A DNA stretch of 63,823 nt, the filler included, from an uncultured bacterium (lineage in GTDB: Bacteria; CAYJRR01), in assembly GCA_964372275.1 (NCBI GenBank). It is 3 parts of 3 records of this genome, joined end to end, with 100 filler letters (N's around TTAATTAATTAA, not from the genome) between each part and the next. Parts side by side here need not be neighbours in the genome. Positions count along the whole stretch, not along the records: positions 26,374 to 52,235 come from CAYJRR010000066.1; positions 52,336 to 63,823 come from CAYJRR010000137.1; 1 more part is not named here. One strand, written 5' to 3'. Below are positions 50,137 to 60,337 of the stretch, in pieces. Numbering within the stretch: the stretch's first letter is position 1; each line of letters begins with the position of its first letter. The position numbers and the translations under genes were made by a program. The notes under the pieces were generated by a model that was not told where the DNA came from, made no database searches, and saw nothing but the letters and a program-made list of their open reading frames with translations.

Positions 50137-52235
50137 CTAGAACAGGAGCTTCATCCCGAGGCGAACCGACCGGGGCGCGTGGTAGCGGACGACCGATCCG
50201 TAGTCGACGTTGGTCACGCCGTAGGTCAGCTCGAGCTGCTGGTCGGAGAGAAGCGCCTCCTGCTGGTCGAGGACGTTGAAGACGTCGACGAAGGTGTAGA
50301 GCTTGGTGTTCCCGCGCATCTTCATCCCGTAGTCGACGTGAAGGTCGACGGTGTAGGTCGACGGCTCCCGGCCGCGGTCGCCGCGGCGGCCGTCCACGAT
50401 CTCCCCCTGCCCGCCGTACTCCGGCTCCGACCGGTAGGCGCTCTTCGGCGTCCCGCTCTGGAACGTCACGAAGGTGCCGAGGTTCAGGCCGAACGGCGTG
50501 AGGTACGAGCCGGCGATCTTCAGCACGTGGGTGCGGTCGGTGGGGAGGAACCCGGATCGTCCGTTCCCCGCCGTCGCCGGCGTGTTGTTGGCGTAGTCGT
50601 AGAGGCTGGTCATGTTCGGGTCGCTCTGGCCGTTGTCGTTCCGGTAGAGCCCCTCGAAGTTACCGTAGAGCCGTCCCAGGCGATACGACGCCAGCATCTG
50701 CCAGTTGGTCGTCATCCGCTTCTCGACCGTCAGCTCCAGGGCGTCGTAGACGCGCGAGGGGTCGACCCAGCAGTCGTAGGGGACGCCGAGGTCGTCGCAG
50801 GTGTCGTTCAGGCTCGCGCCCGGGTTCCCGATGATGTACGGACCGTTGTCCCCCCCGTCGAGAAACCCTTCGACCGTCGCCAGCCGGTAGTCCTCGAGCA
50901 ACCGCCCCAGCTCGCGGTGGATGTATCGCAGCCCGACGTTCACCGTCTGGATCGGTTCGTACTCGATCCCCATCGTGATCTCGTCCTGGTATTGCGACTT
51001 GGTCCCCTTGTCGATCTCGGTCGGCTCGACCCCCTGCGTCGCCACGTGGACCGTGCTCCCCTCCACCGGCACGGTGCCGTCGGGGATCTGATTGTCCGAG
51101 GTGAACTCGTCGCTGAAGTAGTCGACCAGCGACACCCCCTTCTCGGTCGACAGGTTCCGGATCGCGATGTCGTTCGGGATCTTCTCCAGGTAGCGCCCGC
51201 CGTGGAAGAAGACCTTGCCCCGCCCGGTGCCGGTGAAGTCCCACGCCAGGCCGACGCGCGGCGCGATGTTGTCCTTGAACTTGAAGGTGTAGCTGGTGGC
51301 CCCCTCCCCCTTCCCCGACATCTTCTGCTCCTCGACCCGCACGCCGAGGTCGATGGTGAAGGTCGGGATCGGCGACCACTTGTCCTGGAGGAAGAGCGCC
51401 GTGTAGCTCGTCGCGCTCTTGCGCACCGGATTTCCGAACTGGCCACGCACCACGCGGTAGATCGGCGTGCCGTCGTCCGCCTCCTGGACGAGGTAGATCA
51501 CGCCGGTGGTGTACGCGTGCTCGACGCCGTCCTCGTCGAGGAAGGTCCCGCCGCGGGGGCCGCTGTAGTTGAAGATGCCGCTCCACTTCACGTCTTCGTA
51601 GAGCAGGCCGTATTTGATCTCGTGGCGCCCCATGCCTTCGACGTAGTTGGTGGCCTTCAGGCTGTACTGCGTGCTTTCGCCGGTCTGGTCCTTCTCGTAG
51701 AAACCGACCCCGCCCCCGAACGAGACCGGCTCGGTGGTGAAGTCGATGAAGAGCGGTTGATCGCTGCCGGCCGGGAACCCCTGCTGGAAGTTGTTCTTGG
51801 TGTGGGCGAGCGCCGCCTCGACCGACATCCAGGGGGCGACGATGCCGTTGTAGCGGGCGATCTGGTTGTGCCCCCCGAAGGCCAACGTGCTGTACCCCTG
51901 TTGCGTGTTCGACATCAGGTCGCCCGCCAGCTGCGGACCGTACTGGGCGTATCCGGGATCTCCGAACGCCGACAGGTCGAGGGTGTGGTTCGGGGCGACG
52001 TTCCAGGTCAGGGTGCCGGCGTACGACGTCCGGTCTCGCCGGATCCGCTCGGTGCCGACCACCTCCAACGGGAACCCTTCGGGTGCGCGCACCGCCTGCG
52101 AATCGGACTGCGGATTGACCGCGGCGAAGAAGAAGAGGCGGTCCTTGACGATCGGGCCCCCGAGCGTGACGCCGTAGTCGGTCTCGTCCGACTTGCCGAG
52201 GATCGGCGCCCCGTTCTGCAGGAAAACGCGGCGCC
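50137..52235 (-). CDS. TonB-dependent receptor, Oar-like (5' part lost in the gap)
   Basis: 'ALFLQDKWSP..FTIDLGVR', 'IAPRVGLAWD', 'YDALELTVEKR', 'DRTHVLK', 'DVFNVLD'; C-terminal 'PRSVRLGMKLLF'; the frame stays open to the gap ('GGPIVKDRLFFF'). Confidence 0.92.
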
Positions 52236-52335
52236 NNNNNNNNNNNNNNNNNNNNNNNNNNNNNNNNNNNNNNNNNNNNTTAATTAATTAANNNNNNNNN
52301 NNNNNNNNNNNNNNNNNNNNNNNNNNNNNNNNNNN
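52236..52335. other. Assembly gap / contig linker
   Basis: 100 nt of N with ttaattaattaa; both flanking genes are truncated by far more than 100 nt. Confidence 0.98.
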
Positions 52336-53511
52336 CAGCTCCTTGGCCTTGCGCGCCGCCTCGCGCGCGCGCGCCGCCTCGACCGCTTTGGCGACGATGC
52401 GCCGCGCGGTCGGCGGATTCTCCAAGAAGAAGGCCTGCAACTTTTCGCCCAGGATCTGCTCGACGATCCCCTTCACCTCGGAGTTGTTCAGCTTCCCCTT
52501 GGTCTGTCCCTCGAACTGCGGGTGGCGCAGGCGGACCGCGATCACCGCCGACAGCCCCTCGCGGACGTCCTCCCCCTCGAGGTTCTCCTTCAGCTCGCGC
52601 ACCAGGTTGTTACTCGACGCGTAGCCGTTGATCACCCGGGTCAGTGCCGTCCGCAGCCCGGCGAGGTGCGTTCCGCCGTCGGCGTTGTGCACCGAGTTGG
52701 CGTAGGCGAAGACCTGCTCGTTGTAGCCGTCGTTCCACTGCAGCGCGATCTCGACCGCGGTGTCGCCGATCTTCCCCTCGAAGTAGATCGGCTTGGCGTT
52801 CAGGACCTCCTTGTTCTTGTTGAGGTGCTGAACGAAGGTGGCGATCCCCCCCTCGAAGAAGAACTCCGCCTTCTTCTCGGTGCGGATGTCGTCGAGGAGG
52901 ATCTTGATCCCTTTGTTCAGGAAGGCGAGCTCGCGCAGGCGGTTCGCGAGGACGTCGTAGTGGTACTCGGTCGTCTCGAAGATCTCCGGGTCGGCCCGGA
53001 AGGTGATCTTCGTCCCCTGCTTGCTCGTCTGCCCGATCTCCTCGACGGGGGCGGTCGGCTTCCCGCGCAGGTAGCTCTGCCGGTGGACCTTCCCTTCGCG
53101 GTAGATCTCGAGCTCCAGCTTCTCCGAGAGCGCGTTGACGCACGAGACGCCGACGCCGTGAAGGCCGGCGGAGCTTGTGTAGGCGCCGGTGTCGAACTTT
53201 CCGCCGGCGTGGAGCTTGGTCATCACCACTTCGGCCGTGTCGATCTTCTCGGTCGGGTGCGGTCCGACCGGGATCCCGCGGCCGTCGTCCTCGACGGTGA
53301 TCGAATTGTCGGAGTGGACGGTGACCTGGATCAATCGGGCGTGGCCGGCCATCGCCTCGTCGACCGAGTTGTCGACGACCTCCCACACCAGGTGATGCAG
53401 ACCCTTGGCGTCGGTCGAGCCGATGTACATCGCCGGACGGGTGCGCACCGCCTCGAGCCCTTCGAGGACCTTGATGCTCTCGGCGTTGTAGAGCTGCTTG
53501 GCCTCTTCCAT
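52336..53511 (-). CDS. gyrB: DNA gyrase subunit B (3' truncated by the gap)
   Basis: 'YNAESIKVLEGLEAVRTRPAMYIG', 'EVVDNSVDE', 'DDGRGIP', 'LHAGGKF', 'GLHGVGVSCVNALS', 'PQFEGQTK'. Confidence 0.97.
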
Positions 53512-53671
53512 GCGCGCGTCCGAACCGCGTCGGACCCCCTCGCTTCGGACGCCGCAATATAGCAGAACGGGGGGCGATTTCCGGCCCGGAAATGGGGGGG
53601 CGGCGACGCCGCAGGTGGTTGTTTATTAATGGTTTTCTTCGACGGCGCGGGCGCCCGGCCGGGCGGGGGGT

Positions 53672-54748
53672 TCACGGTCCGCGTTTCGCCGACGGAAACG
53701 GGATGCCGACGGCGATCGACAGGCGCCACGGGTTCACCGCGTGGCCGACCTCGCCGCGGCTCCACGTGAAGCCGTCGTAGAACAGATCCGGGATCGACTC
53801 CCCGTACACCGGAGATCCCATCGCGAACTGCGCCCCCACGACGACGCCGCGTCCGCGCGTTCCGATCGGATGGACGTACTCCCCGCCGACGCCGATCGAG
53901 ACGCTGGTCGCGACGTCCTCCCCGTCCCCGTACCCGGCGCTCTCGCTGTCGGCGTAGAGGTAGCTGGTCTGGATCTGCGCGAGATTGAATCCGGCGCCGG
54001 CCCAGAGACGGCGGGTGGCGGAACCGACCCAGGCCTTGGCCCAGAGTGTCCCCATGATCGTGGTCGTCCAGTAGTCGGCCCCTTCCGGGAACTCGACGCA
54101 GGTCGAGCCGGTCGCCTCCTGGATGTAGAAGCCGCATCCCTGTTCGCCGGGCCGGAGCAGGTAGGTCCGGGTGGAGTCGATCAGGAAGTCGCCGCCGATG
54201 GCGAGATGCGGCGCCGGGCTTCCGTCGACGGTCAAGATCAGCGCGAAGGCGTCGTCGGGCTGTTGGCCGCCGTCCGTGTTGGCCCGCCCGATCGCGGTGT
54301 CCTGGATCCGGTCGTAGACCCCGACGACGTAGCCCATCGTCATGAAGGTCGGGAACCTCTCCCCTTTCTTCTTCTTGTCGGCCGGGGCGGCGGCGCGCGG
54401 TGTCGTGTCCGGCGGCAGCGCCGGACCGGGCGCCGCTCCAGGAGGCGACGGCGCCGTGGCGGGCGGCGATTCACCCCCCGGTGGCGCTGTCGGCGCCGGC
54501 GCCGGGGCCTCGGGCCCCGCCACGCGGATCGACCGCACGTCTTCGTAGCGGATGGTGCGCGTCAGCTCCGCGGCGCCGCCGTAGTTGGCGCGGACGAGAT
54601 AGCCGGTCGGCAGCTTGTCGAGCAGCGTCCCCTCGATGAGCTCCCCGGCAAACGTCTCGATGCGAACCGGATCCCCGGCCTGCGGCGTCTGCGCGAGGAC
54701 GCGGGGCGAAAAGAGGACGAATGCCAGGAGGGCGAGAAGGACGCGCAT
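53672..54748 (-). CDS. Exported protein: small N-terminal beta domain, Pro-rich linker, probable C-terminal beta-barrel
   Basis: MRVLLALLAFVLFSPRVLAQ signal; PAPAP linker; amphipathic strands 'LWAGAGFNL', 'IGVGGEY', 'WRLSIAVGIPF'. Confidence 0.65.
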   Translation of the reverse strand: MRVLLALLAFVLFSPRVLAQTPQAGDPVRIETFAGELIEGTLLDKLPTGYLVRANYGGAAELTRTIRYEDVRSIRVAGPEAPAPAPTAPPGGESPPATAPSPPGAAPGPALPPDTTPRAAAPADKKKKGERFPTFMTMGYVVGVYDRIQDTAIGRANTDGGQQPDDAFALILTVDGSPAPHLAIGGDFLIDSTRTYLLRPGEQGCGFYIQEATGSTCVEFPEGADYWTTTIMGTLWAKAWVGSATRRLWAGAGFNLAQIQTSYLYADSESAGYGDGEDVATSVSIGVGGEYVHPIGTRGRGVVVGAQFAMGSPVYGESIPDLFYDGFTWSRGEVGHAVNPWRLSIAVGIPFPSAKRGP

Positions 54749-54839
54749 CGTCGATGCTCGGCGACGATCCTGAAGCCGCACCGCCGCCCGCGTCAATCGG
54801 GCGGGGACCGGGGTCCCCGGACGCGCGAATCGCGGACCG

Positions 54840-57656
54840 TCAGTTGACGCAGCTCTGGGCGAACGTGAGCGACCAGGACTCGATCTGTCCGACATCGCCC
54901 CCTGCGAGGTCCTGCGCCTTCAACTTCCACGTGCCGGCCGCGGGCTGCCCGCCGAACGCGGCCACCGGCACGCCTGTCAGGACGACGTCGTCGGCCGACC
55001 CGCCCGTCTGGTTGTGGACCACGTGCGCCGTCCCGGCCGGAGAGATCAGCGTGACCTTCAGGTCCCCCTTGTACGGGTGGACGACGTTCAGCGAAAGCGA
55101 AAGCGATGCGACGTTCCCATTGCCGGTGACCGGGAGGCTGGAAACGGTCCCCGCGCTGCTGTTGTCGGGGATCGACAGAGGTAGGCCGCCGGCGGCGTGG
55201 GTGCCGTCGACGCACGGGGTCGGCGTGCACGTCCCCACCACCCGCAGCGACCAGCTCTGAAGCAGTCCGGCCGGAGCGCCGTACCCGGTCATGACCTTGA
55301 GCTTCCAGGTCCCCTGGGCCACCTTCCCGTTGAACGCGGGGATCGCGACGTTGCTCAATCCGTTGCCGCTCGTCGAGGCGACCACGCTCGAGCTCCCGTC
55401 GGGTGCGATCAAGGTGAACGTCGCGGTGTCGTAGGACGCCCCCCAATGGAGCGTCGCCGACAGCTTGAGCGAGGTCACCGTTCCCGGTCCGAAGACGTAG
55501 GTGGTCGAGACGACCGGGATCTGCGGCGAGTTGTAGAGCGAGTAGGTCGGCTGCGGCGCATCGTTGGTGGTGAACGTCCCGTCGACGCACCCGCCGGCAT
55601 CGCACGAGCCGGCGATCGCCAGCGACCAGGACTGCAGCTGGCCCGCCGTGTACAGGTTGCTGCTGTCCTTGAGCGTGAGCTTCCAGACGCCGGCGGCGAC
55701 CTTCCCGTTGAAGGCGGTGATCGGAAGGTGGGTGATCGTGCCGCTGCTCTGGTTCGGAAGCTGGTAGGTCGAGCCGTCGGGGGCGGTGAGCGTCAGCTTG
55801 TCGGAGGCGGCGTTGTACCAGTTCACCTGGGCCGTCAGCTTCAACGTCCCCACCGTCCCCGGCCCGCCGACGTAGAGCGTCGAGGTCACCGGTGTCAGAC
55901 CGCTGTAGCTGCCGCTCGGCAGCGGGTCGTCGGTGCTGGCGAACGTGCCGTTGACGCACGCGTCGTTCTGCACGCGAACGGTGCGCACCGCCATTGCGCT
56001 CGCCGCGCCGAGGTCGTCGAACGCCTTGGCGGTGATGGTGTAGCCGGTCCCGTCGGGAACGGTGGCGGTGTCCCAGGTGATCGCGAAGGGGCTGGTCGTG
56101 TCGTCGACGAACGTTCCGTCCGGCAGGCCGAACGTCACCTTGGCCACCGAGCCGTCGGCGTCGGAGGCGGTGGCCGAGACGTGGATCACGCCGTGCACCG
56201 TCGAACCGTTCCCCGGGGCGGTGAGCGACACCTGCGGCGCGGCCTGGCTCGACGCCGTGCCGTCGCCGAAGAACAGGTAGAAGTGATCGATCCCCCCCAC
56301 CCAGAAGTCGGGCCGGCCGTCACCGTTCAGGTCCCCGGCGGAACCGACCTCCAGACCGGCTTGCGTCCCGGCGGCGCCGCTGCTCCTCGGCTGCGTCCCG
56401 ACGATGGCGAGCCTCGGACCGGCGAACCCCGGAGCCACGCCCCCCGCGCTCGGACCGTAGACCAGGTAGGCCGCGCCGCGAGAGGTGCCGGTGGCCGGGG
56501 CGCCGATCAGCACGTCGTCGTACCCATCGCCGTTGACGTCGCCGAGGCCGGCGACCGAGCGGCCCAGCTCGGTGCCCGAGCCGGCGGAAAAGGCCCCACC
56601 GCCCGGCTGCAACGCGCCGGCGAGCGGGCCGTTCATGGCGTGCACGACGGGCGCCCCGCGATAGGGGCTGCTGATGCTCGCGTAGCCCATCCCCACCAGG
56701 AGGTCCTGTGCGCCGTCTCCATCGAGATCGGCGGTCCCCAGCGCCGCCCGGTAGACCTGTCCGTTTCCGGTGTAGGTCGCGAGCGGCGTGGTGATCGTCC
56801 CCGTGCCGCTCATCGAGACGACCGCCACCGCCGCGCTTCCGGACGCGGTGCGACCGACGACGGCGATCTCCGGGCGTCCGTCGCCGTTCTGGTCTCCGGC
56901 GAGCTCCAGCCGCCGGATCTCACCGAATCCGGACCATTCGAAGATCGCGCGCGTCGCCGAACCGCCCAACTTGTTCGTCGCGGCGTAGGGACCGGCCATC
57001 AGGTAGACGCGGCCGGAGCCGTAGGCTCCCCCTTTGAACGACGCGATCAGCAGGTCGGCCTTTCCGTCGCCGGTCAGATCGCCGGGTCCGAGCACCGCGA
57101 CCCCGGCGGCATTCCCCGCCGCCTCGCCGACGAACTTCACCGGCGCGGTGGCGATGCTGCGGCTGCCCGGGAACGTGATCGGACCGTAGACGAGGTAGGC
57201 GGCGCCGGTCGTCGTCCCCTGGTCGTTCTTCGCTCCATGGGCGCCGACGAGGAGATCACGGAATCCGTCGCCGTTCACATCGCCGACGTCGGCCACCTGC
57301 CCGGCGCGGTCGTTGACGGTCGCACTGTCGTAGCTGGAGCTGCAGCCGGGGCCGGCATCGCTCGTGACCGGTCCTCGGATCAGGCAGACCCACGCGCGGC
57401 CATTGCTCGCCGCCTCGGAGGCCTGGAGAACGTCGGGGATGCCGTCGCCGGTCAGATCGCCGACGGCCTGCAACGGACCGGCCGCCCAGATGCGGTGGAT
57501 CTTGAGATCCGCCTGGTCGGTCGTGATCTGGCCGGTCTGCGTTTCGGGCGCGTGGTGCGTCTCCTCCCATGGGAGCGGCAGGTGGGGATCGCCGCACCCG
57601 GCGGCGAGGAGGACGGTCAGCAGAGACGCGAAACGAGCGGGGGTAGGGCGGCCCAT
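54840..57656 (-). CDS. Integrin-alpha-like FG-GAP lipoprotein + bacterial Ig domain + 3 proprotein-convertase P-domains
   Basis: Lipobox 'LLAAGC'; 7 DxxGDGxxD repeats (e.g. 'GDVNGDGYDDVLIGAP'); Ig 'PQVSLTAP...ASDADGSVAKV..DTTSPFAITWD'; three 'F.G..A.G.WKL...G.L.SWSL' units, the last with 'HPYKGDLKVTLISP'. Confidence 0.85.
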   Translation of the reverse strand: MGRPTPARFASLLTVLLAAGCGDPHLPLPWEETHHAPETQTGQITTDQADLKIHRIWAAGPLQAVGDLTGDGIPDVLQASEAASNGRAWVCLIRGPVTSDAGPGCSSSYDSATVNDRAGQVADVGDVNGDGFRDLLVGAHGAKNDQGTTTGAAYLVYGPITFPGSRSIATAPVKFVGEAAGNAAGVAVLGPGDLTGDGKADLLIASFKGGAYGSGRVYLMAGPYAATNKLGGSATRAIFEWSGFGEIRRLELAGDQNGDGRPEIAVVGRTASGSAAVAVVSMSGTGTITTPLATYTGNGQVYRAALGTADLDGDGAQDLLVGMGYASISSPYRGAPVVHAMNGPLAGALQPGGGAFSAGSGTELGRSVAGLGDVNGDGYDDVLIGAPATGTSRGAAYLVYGPSAGGVAPGFAGPRLAIVGTQPRSSGAAGTQAGLEVGSAGDLNGDGRPDFWVGGIDHFYLFFGDGTASSQAAPQVSLTAPGNGSTVHGVIHVSATASDADGSVAKVTFGLPDGTFVDDTTSPFAITWDTATVPDGTGYTITAKAFDDLGAASAMAVRTVRVQNDACVNGTFASTDDPLPSGSYSGLTPVTSTLYVGGPGTVGTLKLTAQVNWYNAASDKLTLTAPDGSTYQLPNQSSGTITHLPITAFNGKVAAGVWKLTLKDSSNLYTAGQLQSWSLAIAGSCDAGGCVDGTFTTNDAPQPTYSLYNSPQIPVVSTTYVFGPGTVTSLKLSATLHWGASYDTATFTLIAPDGSSSVVASTSGNGLSNVAIPAFNGKVAQGTWKLKVMTGYGAPAGLLQSWSLRVVGTCTPTPCVDGTHAAGGLPLSIPDNSSAGTVSSLPVTGNGNVASLSLSLNVVHPYKGDLKVTLISPAGTAHVVHNQTGGSADDVVLTGVPVAAFGGQPAAGTWKLKAQDLAGGDVGQIESWSLTFAQSCVN

Positions 57657-57701
57657 GGCACCTCCATGAGCCGCCCGCCCAGTTCGGTCGCACGGTATTT
57701 C

Positions 57702-60113
57702 CTACGGGCCGTTGACGCAGCTCCCGTCGAAGGTCAGGGACCAGGCATTCAGCGCGCCGACGTCGTCGGGGGAGAGATCCTGCAGCTTGAGCTTCCAGGT
57801 TCCCGCCGCGGGCTGTCCCTGGAAGGCGGTGATCGGAAGATTGGAGAAGGCCACGTCGTCGGCCGAACCGCCGGTCTGGTCGTGGAGCACGTGTGACGTG
57901 CCGGCCGGTGAGATCAGGGTCACCTTGAGGTCCCCCTTGTAGGGATGGGCAATGGTGAGCGAGAGCGACAGCGACGCGACCTGTCCGGCGCCCGTCACGG
58001 GAAGGCTGGCCACCACCCCCGCGTTGTCGGCGTCGGGGATCGCGAGCGGCAGTCCCGCGGACGCGTAGGTCCCATCGACGCAGGTCGTCGGCTGGCAGTT
58101 GCCGACGATCGACAGCGACCAGCTCTGCAACTCGCCGGGCCAGTAGGTGTTGTACTGGTCCTTGAGCTGCAAGCGCCAGGTGCCGACGGCGGGCTTGCCG
58201 GAGAATCCCGGAATCGGCAGATGGACGATCGTGCCGCTGCTTTGCGACGGCAGCACGTAGCTCGTCCCGTCGGGACCGATCAGGGTGAGCTGATCCCACG
58301 GCGCGTAGTAGGAGTTGACCGTCGCCGACAGCCGGAGCGACACGATCGGTCCCATCCCCTGGACCGAGACCGTCTGCGAAACCGGCGTTGTGCCGTAGGT
58401 GTAGGCGGCCGGTTGTGGCGGGTCGGTGGTGACGTAGGTTCCGGCGCAGGTAGTGTTGTTCACCGCGATCACGCGCCGCGCGAGGCCGCTCGAGGCGCCG
58501 CGATCGTCGAACGCACGGGCGGTGATGACGTGGTTCGTGCCGTCCGGGACGGAGGCGGAGTTCCAGACGACCGAGAACGGCGCCGTGGTGTCGTCCTGCG
58601 CGCTGCCGTCGGGCAGCCAGAACCGCACGCGGGCGACCGTTCCGTCGGGGTCGCTCGCGCCCGCCGTCACCGCCACCGATCCTTGAAGCACCGCACCGGG
58701 CCCCGGGCCGTCGATCGACACCCGCGGCGCGGCCTGGTTCGCGGCGACGCCGGCGCCGAAGAAGACGTGGAGGTCGCTCCGGGAGCGGACCCAATAGTCG
58801 GGGTATCCGTCGCCGTCGACGTCGCCGGCGGGGCCGACATCGCCGCCGACGAGGTCGCCCCAGTCGTCCGAGTACGGAACCCTGGGCTGCACCCCGTGGA
58901 TGTTCAGGTGACGTCCGGCGAAATGGGGGGCCGTGCCGCCCGACGACGGACCGTAGAGGAGGTGAGCCGCGCCCCGGCTGTCGTCGGTGACCGGGGCGCC
59001 GATCAGCAGATCCTGAAAGCCGTCGCCGTCGACGTCCCCCACGGTGGCGGCCGAGGTTCCGAACTGGGACGTCCCGGGTCCACGGAACGTTCCGCCGGTC
59101 GGCGCGAGGGCGCCGCTCAGCGGACCGAGGAACGAGTGCACAACCGGTGCGTTCCGATAGGGGCTGTTCAGGTCGCCGTACCCCAGGCCGGCGACCAGGT
59201 CGTCCGTGCCGTTTCCGTCGAGGTCGGCAGACGACAACGGCACGCGATAGAGCCAACCGTCGCCGGTGAAGGTCGCGAGGGGCTGCGTGACGAGGCCCGG
59301 CTGCGACAACGAGGCGACGGCGACCACCGCCGTTCCCGACGCGTTCCGTCCCGAGATCCCGATCTCCGGAAGACCGTCCCCGTTCTGATCCCCGATGCGG
59401 CGCAAGGTCAGGATCTCGCTCAAACCGGACCACTCGAAGACGGTGCGGGTCGTCGCTCCGCCGAGCTTGTTCGAGGCGAGGAAGTTCCCGGACAGGACGT
59501 AGACGCGCCGCGCCGAGGCGATCACCAGGTCGGCCCGGCCGTCACCCGACAGGTCGCCGGGACCGAGCACCGCTCTCCCGGCGTCTTCGCCGGCGTTCTC
59601 CCCGACGAACTTCACCGGCGCGGTCGAAAGATTGCGATAGCCGGAGAAGGTGATCGGCCCATGGACCAGGTAGGCGCCGCCCATCGAGGCTCCGTCGACC
59701 TTCACGCCTCGCGCGCCGATCAGCAGATCGCGGTGCCCGTCCCCGTTGACGTCCCCGGCCTCCTCGGCACGGCCAGGCTTCTCGCCGCTCTGGAACGCCG
59801 CGTGGCACCCGTAGACGTCGGCCGAGAGCGGTCCCCAGAGTAGGCAGACCGTTCCGATGTCGTTGGAGACCGCTTCCTGGGCGTGGAGGTAGTCGCCGAT
59901 CCCGTCGCCGTTCAGGTCTTCGATCGGCTGAAGCGGTCCGGCGGCGTGGATCCGGAGGTCGGACCGGTCGATCCGCATCTCGCCGACCGGGCTCTCGGGC
60001 GAGCCCGACGATCCCTCCCACGGAAGCGGAAGGTACGGATCCGCACAGCCCGCCACCAGCCGCGCCAGCGCGAGAAGCCCCACGGTGCGCGCCGATCGAT
60101 TCACCCTCTCCAT
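57702..60113 (-). CDS. Paralogous FG-GAP lipoprotein + Ig + 2 P-domains
   Basis: Lipobox 'LVAGC'; same FG-GAP/Ig architecture with two P-domain units; collinear with 54840..57656. Confidence 0.85.
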   Translation of the reverse strand: MERVNRSARTVGLLALARLVAGCADPYLPLPWEGSSGSPESPVGEMRIDRSDLRIHAAGPLQPIEDLNGDGIGDYLHAQEAVSNDIGTVCLLWGPLSADVYGCHAAFQSGEKPGRAEEAGDVNGDGHRDLLIGARGVKVDGASMGGAYLVHGPITFSGYRNLSTAPVKFVGENAGEDAGRAVLGPGDLSGDGRADLVIASARRVYVLSGNFLASNKLGGATTRTVFEWSGLSEILTLRRIGDQNGDGLPEIGISGRNASGTAVVAVASLSQPGLVTQPLATFTGDGWLYRVPLSSADLDGNGTDDLVAGLGYGDLNSPYRNAPVVHSFLGPLSGALAPTGGTFRGPGTSQFGTSAATVGDVDGDGFQDLLIGAPVTDDSRGAAHLLYGPSSGGTAPHFAGRHLNIHGVQPRVPYSDDWGDLVGGDVGPAGDVDGDGYPDYWVRSRSDLHVFFGAGVAANQAAPRVSIDGPGPGAVLQGSVAVTAGASDPDGTVARVRFWLPDGSAQDDTTAPFSVVWNSASVPDGTNHVITARAFDDRGASSGLARRVIAVNNTTCAGTYVTTDPPQPAAYTYGTTPVSQTVSVQGMGPIVSLRLSATVNSYYAPWDQLTLIGPDGTSYVLPSQSSGTIVHLPIPGFSGKPAVGTWRLQLKDQYNTYWPGELQSWSLSIVGNCQPTTCVDGTYASAGLPLAIPDADNAGVVASLPVTGAGQVASLSLSLTIAHPYKGDLKVTLISPAGTSHVLHDQTGGSADDVAFSNLPITAFQGQPAAGTWKLKLQDLSPDDVGALNAWSLTFDGSCVNGP

Positions 60114-60229
60114 GCGATCCTCCGTCGCGGCCGCACGATCGCGGCGCGCGACGCGGCGCATCAGCAGCGGACGTGCCACCCGCCCGGAGAGGCCAACCCG
60201 CGGAATTCGCTCGCGCCCGGTTCCGTGTG

Positions 60230-60249
60230 AATTGACATTTGTGTCAATT
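60230..60249. promoter_or_regulatory. Perfect palindrome AATTGACA-TTTG-TGTCAATT, operator/promoter candidate for the FG-GAP genes
   Basis: 8-bp inverted repeat in an AT-rich island between the recF stop and the FG-GAP start; contains TTGACA on both strands. Confidence 0.65.
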
Positions 60250-60337
60250 TTCCTGACCAGGCATGGGTGACGCCGTATCCGCGGCGGCGAGGTCGCCCCT
60301 TTCGCCGGACATTTTCATTGCGACGAAGGCGCCGGGG

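Noticed and set aside
50137..53511. Functional link between gyrB and the TonB receptor, or between the repeat array and tRNA-Gly
   Set aside because: They are separated by artificial linkers, so true adjacency is unknown.
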